A stretch of DNA of 52,643 nt from an uncultured Candidatus Bathyarchaeia archaeon (GCA_964350175.1 CAYGJP010000001.1:3147-55789), one strand, 5' to 3'; positions 31,009-38,310 are shown, counted from the first letter of the stretch. Numbers and translations are program-made. Notes: generated by a model not told the origin, from the letters alone.

Positions 31009-31309
31009 CTATCATCTTCTCCAAGCGTTCAATCTGTTCAAGAGCTTTTGCTTCTTCGAAGCTCTTTGAGAGGCTGTTTATGACTTGTCCAATGTAGCCC
31101 ATGATGCGCACCCATTGTTGGATTTGTTTGGGTTTCGCGTTTTCCCCTTTCGATTTTTCGTTGTTTACCATTTCTTTGGCTAGTTTGAACATTTCTTTGA
31201 GGTCTTCAAGGAGATTCTCTCGAAGCTCCTGTGTATCATTCTTGAATCGTCTTCTACATCTCGCAGATAGTAACAAAAATTGACCTCTGATAGGTACCTG
31301 TCGTTTCAT
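30971..31309 (-). CDS. hypothetical coiled-coil protein in the terminase-small-subunit position
   Basis: Track ORF. ATGA overlap with the upstream gene and 38-nt overlap with the terL start. Helical, charged sequence with no recognised motif. Confidence 0.5.
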   Translation of the reverse strand: MKRQVPIRGQFLLLSARCRRRFKNDTQELRENLLEDLKEMFKLAKEMVNNEKSKGENAKPKQIQQWVRIMGYIGQVINSLSKSFEEAKALEQIERLEKMIDEAGDTKESQQT

Positions 31310-31572
31310 CTACCCCCTCCCCCCTCGGTTTTTTGTGAAATCAATATGCCTGTTATGGTGCCTGCTAAGCCTGTGATGGTTGCGAAGACTTCATTATTCC
31401 ACCTGCCCAACAGTGCCAGATGCGCAATCTCCAACGCTGTCAAGCTGAAGGTTAGTGCTATGGCGAATTTTACTCCGAGCACCAGCCGCTCGCTGGGCGG
31501 CACTTCTGAGATTTTGCTTGAGGTTCGGCTCTTTGTCCGCCTTGTTAGGGCGCGTTTGACCCAGTCCGTCAA
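31306..31572 (-). CDS. hypothetical small membrane protein (two hydrophobic helices)
   Basis: Track ORF with a TTG start in a TTGA overlap with the upstream stop and no internal Met. Hydrophobic segments 'FAIALTFSLTALEIAHLALL' and 'VFATITGLAGTITGILI'. Confidence 0.5.
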   Translation of the reverse strand: MTDWVKRALTRRTKSRTSSKISEVPPSERLVLGVKFAIALTFSLTALEIAHLALLGRWNNEVFATITGLAGTITGILISQKTEGGGGR

Positions 31573-31970
31573 TGGTTACGCACCCTCATCTGCCGTCTGC
31601 GGCAACGATTCGAACTGGTTTTGCCCTCTTTCATTTTTTCGTTGATGGTGAAGCTGTGCAGCAACACTCTTGCCTCGTCTGCTCCAACGTGCGCTTTAGC
31701 TATGACAGTTGCATTGGTTGCCCACGTCAGGGGCACCGCCGTATAGTCAATATCGTACAAGCCGTCGCTGTATCTGAAGCAGTTCTGAGCCAAAACCGCA
31801 TGCTTGCGCTTCTGCCCAAGTACGCCGATGAACACGCCCCAGCTCTTCACAGGCACATCAATACCTGCTATGCCATTGCTCAAGCTCTTGCCAATCGAAG
31901 CGTCGTGCCACTCCAGCACCACAAGGTCGCCCGCAGCTAAACCACTAATCTGATTCAATACATCCTTCAT
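31569..31970 (-). CDS. hypothetical protein, first gene of the TerL operon
   Basis: Track ORF. A TATA-like TTTTATATGG lies ~35 nt upstream on the minus strand. Confidence 0.55.
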   Translation of the reverse strand: MKDVLNQISGLAAGDLVVLEWHDASIGKSLSNGIAGIDVPVKSWGVFIGVLGQKRKHAVLAQNCFRYSDGLYDIDYTAVPLTWATNATVIAKAHVGADEARVLLHSFTINEKMKEGKTSSNRCRRRQMRVRNH

Positions 31971-32028
31971 GTTTGGTCATCAAAAAAGACGGGGCAGGCA
32001 GCCCATATAAAATGTCGTGAAATTTAGC

Positions 32029-32080
32029 AATTCACCAATTTACAAATTGGTAAATTCACAAATTTACACATTCAAATTTT
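32029..32080. promoter_or_regulatory. operator-like repeats in the divergent promoter region
   Basis: AATTCACCAATTTACA (32029..32044) and AATTCACAAATTTACA (32053..32068) are 24 nt apart, followed by a third degenerate copy ATTCAAATTT. An embedded near-palindrome CCAATTT-AC-AAATTGG is also present. Confidence 0.5.
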
Positions 32081-32158
32081 GCAGACAGATAATCAAATGA
32101 GAAATTATATATTATCTAAACAATCCAATAATCAAGTTATGCTTGTTCAGAATAACTG

Positions 32159-33157
32159 GTGGTGCAAATAATGGTGAAAAAAGATGAACAAATCAAACTT
32201 ATTTCTGCTGGTTTAAGTTCAGAAATTGCTAAAAAAGCCGCTAAGAAAGGGCTCACCATAGAGAAACTAAGCACTTTGTCGCAAAAGGAGTCGATTCAAG
32301 CTTTTGGATATTATGAAAATGGGTCAGTAGAAGGGGCATCTGTTTCAGAGGCTGTAAAAAGAAAACCAATTTCTCCTGAAACTGTTAAAAAACTCGTTTC
32401 AGAATCAGATTGGAAATGCTGCATGTGTTGGGACATTTCCAAAGAAACACCTGTAATTATTCATCATATAAACTTCCATTCAAAAACAAACGATGATTCT
32501 TATGAAAACCTTGTTGTGCTCTGTCCTAATCACCATGCGTTAGCACACAGCAACTGGTCGATATCCCGTCATCCTTTGCCACCTGAGTTGCTCAAAGAAA
32601 GAAAAAACAATTGGACTCAGGCTATTGCCGAATTCAAAAAAGGTCTTCGACCAGCCCCAACAAAAGAATCAGCAAAACAAGACATTTTTGGGCAAAGCGA
32701 TAGAGATACATTAAATCTTTTGCGAATGTTTCTTGACCGTCCAGCAATTCACCAGCCTTTTGACTTAGAAGGAAACATGGCAGACTTTTTGAAAGCCATT
32801 ACCGATGTCATTCAAGCACTAAACACTGGAATAATAGAAACAAGACAAGGAGTCGAAATCTGCAGAACAAAACCCCGTAGCATGCTCTCAAATCCTAAAT
32901 GGATGGAAAAACTAGACCTTATTACCTCTAGATTCGAGGACCTTCGTACTCGATTTGAAATCGCGGTTCGAAATAACGAGTTAATCTTTAGGACTGACGG
33001 ATTTTATGCATTTCATAATAGGGAACTTCCAAGCGAAATTGACTCAATGCGCGAATCAATAGTGCTTATGTTCAATGAATTACTACACGAAGCAGGTCTA
33101 TTGCCACTACGGGGTGTGGATTCTCGGAGCATGTTTCGACGATGTTGGCGCGACTAA
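32159..33157 (+). CDS. HNH endonuclease with HhH-like N-terminus and unknown helical C-terminal domain
   Basis: 'WKCCMCWD...VIIHHINFH...YENLVVLCPNHHALAH' HNH core. The likely start is ATG 32171. Confidence 0.8.
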   Translation: MVQIMVKKDEQIKLISAGLSSEIAKKAAKKGLTIEKLSTLSQKESIQAFGYYENGSVEGASVSEAVKRKPISPETVKKLVSESDWKCCMCWDISKETPVIIHHINFHSKTNDDSYENLVVLCPNHHALAHSNWSISRHPLPPELLKERKNNWTQAIAEFKKGLRPAPTKESAKQDIFGQSDRDTLNLLRMFLDRPAIHQPFDLEGNMADFLKAITDVIQALNTGIIETRQGVEICRTKPRSMLSNPKWMEKLDLITSRFEDLRTRFEIAVRNNELIFRTDGFYAFHNRELPSEIDSMRESIVLMFNELLHEAGLLPLRGVDSRSMFRRCWRD

Positions 33158-33226
33158 GAAAGAGACTCAATAACATCAAATTTCTTTTGGCTCTAAAGTT
33201 AGAACACTCGTAAACGTTTTATCTGT

Positions 33227-33961
33227 ATGACTTCATTCATAGCTAGTATGCCAATTAGTAAAGATAACTTTGAAACGGGGTATTTTTGGGAGTACTATAT
33301 GGATTTGGAACGTCAATTCATCGATTTCACGAAGTACGTTCCGTATCTCGACGGGAACGAAAACGTATACTCTTTTAGATTAGTGAACCTAATTTTAGCA
33401 ATCGGTGCTCACGTTGATTCTGTCTTTAAAGAGATGTTCCGATGCTCTGATTTCTCTACTAAATATCCTGACATACTCAAAAAAATCAATGACGGCAAAG
33501 CTACCATAACTGATTATCGGGAAATAGAAAAAGAGTACTACATATCCAAAAGAAAGGTTGTTTTCAAAAGGCTCCCCGAACGCGAGACTATTTTTCCTTT
33601 TCAGCAATTTGGGACTAAGTCTCCCGATTGGTGGTCGGCTTACAATAAGATAAAGCATGAGTTCAGTCAGAATTTTAAAATGGCTACCCTTAAAACGGCA
33701 AGAGATGCTTTAGCATGCGCATTTTTGCTTAATGTTGTCCATAAACCCGCGATATTACGATTATTTGAGTATGGAGTAGTAAAATCAAAATATCCTGAGT
33801 GGGTAGTTTATGGTGACCAACATACAGCGCTACTGGAAGAACCCACTATCAACGTTCTTTATGATATTTTAAAGACAACAATTTATCCCCCACTCTACGT
33901 GGAAACAAATCTATTCTATTTCGATTACGAGTCTCCAAACAAACTTTCCCCTTCTCATTAG
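33227..33961 (+). CDS. hypothetical all-helical protein, possibly HEPN-like (Abi-type)
   Basis: 'DWWSAYNKIKHEF' resembles the R/N-x4-H helix of HEPN RNases. The preceding helix reads 'SFRLVNLILAIGAHVDSVFKEMF'. The assignment is speculative. Confidence 0.6.
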   Translation: MTSFIASMPISKDNFETGYFWEYYMDLERQFIDFTKYVPYLDGNENVYSFRLVNLILAIGAHVDSVFKEMFRCSDFSTKYPDILKKINDGKATITDYREIEKEYYISKRKVVFKRLPERETIFPFQQFGTKSPDWWSAYNKIKHEFSQNFKMATLKTARDALACAFLLNVVHKPAILRLFEYGVVKSKYPEWVVYGDQHTALLEEPTINVLYDILKTTIYPPLYVETNLFYFDYESPNKLSPSH

Positions 33962-34310
33962 CTGTCTACGGTAATTGTTCTGTGGTGGGTTTTCTGTGGC
34001 TGCTTGTTTTGCTTTAGTGGTGAAGGGTGTAGTTGTAAGGGTGTTATTCCAGTTTTTCTAGGGGGATGAGGTTTTCTGGTTTTTTCTCGGCTTGGGCGCT
34101 TCTTTTTTGTAGCATTTCATAGAACCTGCGAGTCTTTCGCCCAGTCTCTTTTTTGTTCTTTGCTGCCAACCTGTTCACAGTCTCTTCTAGGGCGTTTCAG
34201 TTTTTAAGCCTTTTAGAAAGTGTTTTAAGAGTTGTGGCTTGCTGGGTTAATGAGTTAGGCTGGGCTGCGGTGGACCCAAAATGGTAACTCTGAGCCCCGT
34301 CAAACGCTAG

Positions 34311-34355
34311 GTTAATCATGGTTAATTTCAAGTTAATTGCAGTTAACTATATATC
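34311..34355 (+). promoter_or_regulatory. four helically phased GTTAAT/GTTAAC boxes abutting a TATA-like element
   Basis: GTTAAT at 34311, 34321 and 34332, and GTTAAC at 34342 (spacing 10/11/10 nt). CTATATATC follows at 34347..34355, ~25-35 nt upstream of the wHTH gene start. Confidence 0.6.
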
Positions 34356-34379
34356 TGACGGCTGCCTACCTAAAAGCAG

Positions 34380-34709
34380 GTGTTAGACATGACCATTGAG
34401 AACCTAATTGTGCAGGCAAGCAAGAAATGCGAACTATTCGCAAACCCTCTGCGAAGTTTCATAGCAGCATTCATAGCTGTCAAAGAAGAGGTCACATGGT
34501 CTGAACTGAAAGACGCCATAGAAAAATGGGCGGGCAGCGTTAACCCGAACACGCTAAGCTTCCACCTGGGCGAACTCGCAGCCGCTGGGTTCATAACCAA
34601 AGTGGACATCAGAGGTCAACCAAGATATAGAGTCGTGAACGCTAAGCTCTCTGAAATTAAAAGACTGGTCGGAGAAGAACTACTTCAAGCCGTAAAGGAG
34701 AACGCGTAG
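34380..34709 (+). CDS. winged-helix transcriptional regulator (ArsR-like)
   Basis: 'NPLRSFIAAFIAVKEEVTWSELKDAI...NTLSFHLGELAAAGFITKV'. The probable start is ATG 34389. Confidence 0.7.
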   Translation: MLDMTIENLIVQASKKCELFANPLRSFIAAFIAVKEEVTWSELKDAIEKWAGSVNPNTLSFHLGELAAAGFITKVDIRGQPRYRVVNAKLSEIKRLVGEELLQAVKENA

Positions 34710-34711
34710 AG

Positions 34712-34966
34712 ATGCAGACCAAGCACGAATTGTCAGAAATCAGATATGCACTGCAAAAAGCTATTTCAGAAGCGCTAAACGAAGCCTCTTCTATCGCGGA
34801 AATTGAAATCCACGAAATAACCGTCAACGGCAACTACTCAATAAAAGGCGCGTTCAAGTTTGTCACGTTCTTATCCCAAACACTCAAGAGAAAAGGCAAA
34901 TTCGAAACCAAACTAGATGAAAACCTAAAAATAGTAAACCTGAAAATAACAGAGGACCAACAGTAG
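34712..34966 (+). CDS. hypothetical 84-aa protein
   Basis: Track ORF with AAGGAG upstream. It starts 2 nt after the wHTH stop. One helix followed by beta strands. Confidence 0.55.
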   Translation: MQTKHELSEIRYALQKAISEALNEASSIAEIEIHEITVNGNYSIKGAFKFVTFLSQTLKRKGKFETKLDENLKIVNLKITEDQQ

Positions 34967-34976
34967 TGAAAACGGA

Positions 34977-35603
34977 TTGGACAAACCACCAACCATAATC
35001 CTGCTGCTCGGCAGTTTCGACCACCAAACAAAAACCCAACTCGAAAACCTCAAAGAAGAAATAGCCAAAGTCTTCTCTTTTGAAAACACATACACATTCA
35101 TGCTTGACACAGTTGAAATCTACACATCAGACGGCATGGAGGTTCTAATAGAACACTTAAGCGAAAACAGAATTACCATCTTCACTTTCCAAAACGGCCA
35201 ACTCATTGATGTGTCACCCGACATAAAACTGGAAGACACAGACGAGGACGAGATAATATACAAATATCTGAAAAAGGAACACCCGATTACCCACCTCTCC
35301 AAACTCCCCATCTTCAACAAACTGGACACATTGATGCGAGATGCCAAAGTCATCTTCTTGATAAGAGATAGAGAGGAAACTCGGGGCGGCGAATACCTAG
35401 AACTCATGCACGCGATTTTCCTAGGACACGACGAAAAAATCTGGTTCCTAAAGAATAACGACATTGAACTTTCAGCGATGCTAATGGAGTACCTCGATAA
35501 ATACGAAGTCAAAATGCGAACCTACCGAGGACAAAGCGACCTTAAGAACGCCGTCATAAGAACTCTACAATATCAACTTCAAAATTCTGCCACAGACAAT
35601 TAA
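34977..35603 (+). CDS. hypothetical Rossmann-like protein, possibly nucleoside 2-deoxyribosyltransferase/SLOG/TIR-like clade
   Basis: Begins 'PTIILLLGSF'. 'AKVIFLIRDREETRGGEYLELMHAIFLGHDEKIWFL' resembles the 'hhhh..D.G...E.G.A...G..hh' core of NDT-like enzymes. TTG start. The functional call is tentative. Confidence 0.55.
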   Translation: MDKPPTIILLLGSFDHQTKTQLENLKEEIAKVFSFENTYTFMLDTVEIYTSDGMEVLIEHLSENRITIFTFQNGQLIDVSPDIKLEDTDEDEIIYKYLKKEHPITHLSKLPIFNKLDTLMRDAKVIFLIRDREETRGGEYLELMHAIFLGHDEKIWFLKNNDIELSAMLMEYLDKYEVKMRTYRGQSDLKNAVIRTLQYQLQNSATDN

Positions 35604-35720
35604 AACGCGTTGTGTGGTTATGATTTTGTTTTTCTAGTTACCATGGCAGCTGCCTGGGGCTTCGTTTTTCCTGTTCGCTTGCTTATAAAACGAAACTAAT
35701 GTTTGAGGCGGATTTTGCCT

Positions 35721-35885
35721 TTATTTAAGCGGTAAGTCGGGTGAGCTGTCGTCGCTCCATTTGCAGTCTCGGCAATACACATCGTACAGCTCCGATAAGT
35801 CGTGGGGCGATTTTAATTCTTGGGTGTGTATGTTGGTTGAGCCGCAGTTAGGGCACCGCTTCGGCGTTATCTTTCCCAATGTCAC
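35721..35885 (-). CDS. possible 54-aa zinc-ribbon protein (below track cutoff)
   Basis: Manual translation gives VTLGKITPKRCPNCGSTNIHTQELKSPHDLSELYDVYCRDCKWSDDSSPDLPLK*. It has two CxxC pairs and a GTG/TTG start only, and lies downstream of the PIN gene. Confidence 0.35.
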   Translation of the reverse strand: MTLGKITPKRCPNCGSTNIHTQELKSPHDLSELYDVYCRDCKWSDDSSPDLPLK

Positions 35886-35926
35886 ATCTCACTTGGTTTA
35901 TTGCGCTTTTACTTCTTCAAGCGTCT

Positions 35927-36487
35927 TCATGACTTTGTCTTCTTCCGTTTTGTCCGCATAGCTGCCACATGCTTTGCAGCATCCAAAATTTGGGCGGCTT
36001 GCTTTTTCTTCAACTTATGCCTTTTCTTACCCAACTCATCAACGGCGCCTTCCATGTCAGCAACCTCAATTAAACCCCTGCTCAAACTCTCCAGCAGCAC
36101 CGTCCAAGTGCCCCAAACCCTAAGCCCATACATCTTGGTAAGGTCCGACAGCACCTTCTCATCCACCAACAACTCCGACTTCTTGTCCTTAGCCAACAGC
36201 AGCGTCTCCGCATCAGCCAACGAAACACTCTCCCCAGCAGCCAACTTAGCCGCAGTCTTAGCCAACCGCTCAGGCACAACCACAACCTTCAACCAGCTCT
36301 CATCCAAAGCCTTGCCTATCAACCCAGCATCAGCACAACCCAGCCTGACGCCTTCATCAAAAGCTTCCACCTTAACCCTTGCCGTAACCAAAGCCTCGCC
36401 AAAAAGCCTCTCAAGCAACCACAACTTGCCAATTTGCGACAGATGAATCAGCGGTCCCGCATCAGAAACCACCACAGGCAACAACAA
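35927..36487 (-). CDS. PIN-like toxin (DUF3368 / COG2405-type)
   Basis: 'VVVSDAGPLIHLSQIGKLWLLERLFGEALV' N-terminal PIN-like motif. A TTG start immediately follows the antitoxin stop. Confidence 0.75.
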   Translation of the reverse strand: MLLPVVVSDAGPLIHLSQIGKLWLLERLFGEALVTARVKVEAFDEGVRLGCADAGLIGKALDESWLKVVVVPERLAKTAAKLAAGESVSLADAETLLLAKDKKSELLVDEKVLSDLTKMYGLRVWGTWTVLLESLSRGLIEVADMEGAVDELGKKRHKLKKKQAAQILDAAKHVAAMRTKRKKTKS

Positions 36488-36790
36488 TTACTCCTCATAC
36501 TTTGTCCGCAAATAATCCAATGCGCCTTCGAAATCCCAGTTAACCGAGATACCCTTGCGCTCAAGCAACTCCAAAAACTCCCGCAGCGAAACACCCAAAA
36601 CCTCCGCAGCCCACATAGCACTCACTTTCCCCTCATCATAAAGGTGAACCACACGATGCCGCAAGCCATCCTCGATGAACTCCTTAAACAACGTGGAACG
36701 GTCAACCTTCTCAAGCGCGCGGACAGCCTCAAGCCTCTTCAAATCACGGCGAGAAAGACGCACGGTGACAACGCTGCTCTTCTCAGACAT
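36488..36790 (-). CDS. UPF0175-family antitoxin-like protein (COG2886-type)
   Basis: 'VVHLYDEGKVSAMWAAEVLGVSLREFLELLERKGISV'. I chose the ATG at 36790 (MSEKSS). Confidence 0.75.
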   Translation of the reverse strand: MSEKSSVVTVRLSRRDLKRLEAVRALEKVDRSTLFKEFIEDGLRHRVVHLYDEGKVSAMWAAEVLGVSLREFLELLERKGISVNWDFEGALDYLRTKYEE

Positions 36791-36925
36791 GCATACTCCC
36801 CACATAAAGAGACTACAATGTAACACATAAGCATATCGCCAAAAACCACCAACACTCAAAATGTAAAATAACAAAAAATAGATAAATGACGGGGTCTTTT
36901 CTCATACAACAATAGAGGAATCTAA

Positions 36926-37363
36926 ATGGCAAGCACCATCAAAGTAAGCGACATCATGACCAAATCTGTCCCAGTTGTGGACAACGAAACAAGCGTAGCA
37001 AAAGTAGTCAACCTCATGGCAGAAAAAGACCTAGGCTACGTCATGGTAGAAATGCAAAACAAACCCACAGGCATCATAACCGAACACGACCTCATCGTCA
37101 GGCTCATAACCCAAAACCTCGCAACCAACGCCGTCATAGCCCGCATGGTCTACACCAACCCAATCTTCACCATCGACCAAAACGCCACCATCACAGAAGC
37201 AGTCCAGATGATGAACCACTGGGGCGTCAAACACCTACCCGTCACAGGCGCCAAAGGCGAACTAGTCGGCGTCATCACCGCAGACAACATCATCGTAGCA
37301 GTCCCCGCCATGCTAGCAGAACTAGCCGAACTCTACAAACCAGGCTACAAACGCGTACGATAA
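36926..37363 (+). CDS. stand-alone CBS-pair protein
   Basis: Two CBS repeats ('IMTKSVPVVDNETSVAKVVNLM...', 'MVYTNPIFTIDQNATITEAVQMM...HLPV'). Confidence 0.85.
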   Translation: MASTIKVSDIMTKSVPVVDNETSVAKVVNLMAEKDLGYVMVEMQNKPTGIITEHDLIVRLITQNLATNAVIARMVYTNPIFTIDQNATITEAVQMMNHWGVKHLPVTGAKGELVGVITADNIIVAVPAMLAELAELYKPGYKRVR

Positions 37364-37392
37364 ACAACTCTACCAACAAAAACAAACACCAT

Positions 37393-37420
37393 CCGCAAAA
37401 ATTCTTGCGGAAAATTTTTT
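37393..37420 (+). terminator. hairpin + T-run after the CBS gene
   Basis: CCGCAA-aaattc-TTGCGG (37393..37410), followed by TTTTTT at 37415..37420. Confidence 0.5.
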
Positions 37421-37603
37421 CCACCCAAACAGCCACGCCAGAGTCTGAAACCGCAACAGCCCCTCCCCTAAACCGAAAACAAAAATAAACCTCTAACCAG
37501 TCGCTTTTGCGTTCACTACGGCTGACCTCTCTGATGATTCGCTTATCTTGCCGTAAGTAAAAATAAGAAAAATGTTTCTGATAACAGAAAAGCTTGTCTG
37601 TGC

Positions 37604-37729
37604 TTAGTTGTGGTCTACTAAGTGAGCTGTCCCGTCAGGACAATAGACTTTCTCGTCTTTTGATACTCGCTGGTAGCGTTCACTGCAAATGTGCAGCTGA
37701 GTACATCCGTCACAGTCTCTTGAAAGCAT
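37604..37729 (-). CDS. 41-aa Cys-rich protein (below track cutoff)
   Basis: Manual translation gives MLSRDCDGCTQLHICSERYQRVSKDEKVYCPDGTAHLVDHN*. GGAGG lies 8 nt upstream of the ATG. Confidence 0.45.
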   Translation of the reverse strand: MLSRDCDGCTQLHICSERYQRVSKDEKVYCPDGTAHLVDHN

Positions 37730-37923
37730 ACATTCGCCTCCTGTAAGTATTCCATGAAGGGTCTAAACTGCTAATAAGCTTATGTAATATGCACAGATAT
37801 ACAACACAAACTTCTAAAACACACCCAAGTGCAGCCTGCCCAATTTTGTGTTTTCAGTGGCTGCCCCCACAGTTACCACTCCCCAGAGGTAGCATCAAAC
37901 CACACAAACCCTGCAACGCAGTC

Positions 37924-38310
37924 TCACTTGACTTCTTTCACGTGAACAACAACAAACCTAGGATTCCCCTGAGTCACCACGGGGTAGTACTCCTGCGTAA
38001 TGAAGTCACCAACCCCAACGCGCCCATCACCATCAACATCAACATGAACCTGCACCACATACATCCCCCTCAAATCCGAAATCTCAGCCGCCAAAGAAAA
38101 CTCCACCTCACGCACAACCCCCGCCCTCCACTCATCCTCCGCCACCCCAACATTCCCTATAACCTGCTCCGCAAGGGTCTGCGAGGGCACATCCATCTTG
38201 CTGACATCTTCCAACCGTACGTAAACCGTTGCGTTCGCAAACGGCTTCGCTACCCCATCAAACACAATTTTCCCCGAAACCACCACTTTCTCACTTGGCA
38301 TACTACTCAC
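37924..38310 (-). CDS. hypothetical beta-rich protein (YbaY-like 'VYVRLEDVSKMDVPSQTLAEQ' segment)
   Basis: Track ORF immediately downstream of the astacin gene on the same strand. Confidence 0.55.
   Translation of the reverse strand: MSSMPSEKVVVSGKIVFDGVAKPFANATVYVRLEDVSKMDVPSQTLAEQVIGNVGVAEDEWRAGVVREVEFSLAAEISDLRGMYVVQVHVDVDGDGRVGVGDFITQEYYPVVTQGNPRFVVVHVKEVK

Noticed and set aside
28243-31097. Many Gly/Val/Cys/Trp-rich + strand ORFs across the TerL/ABC-GNAT genes
   Set aside because: They are products of reading the G/T-rich strand. The minus-strand frames contain complete terminase and ABC/GNAT motif sets.
34040-34200. Minus-strand open frame …NALEETVNRLAAKNKKETGRKTRRFYEMLQKRSAQAEKKPENLIPLEKLE* in the spacer after the HEPN-like gene
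   Set aside because: There is no start codon upstream of an in-frame TGA and no recognisable family. It may be a gene remnant, but that cannot be supported.
35901-36446. 181-aa + strand ORF (Ser/Leu/Ala/Pro-rich)
   Set aside because: Antisense to the PIN-like gene, which has a recognisable N-terminal motif and an abutting antitoxin.
37532-37581. C/D-box sRNA candidate (TGATGA at 37532, CTGA at 37578, 50 nt apart) in the CBS-astacin spacer
   Set aside because: There are no internal D'/C' boxes and no terminal stem, and the base before the C box is a pyrimidine. The pattern is expected by chance.
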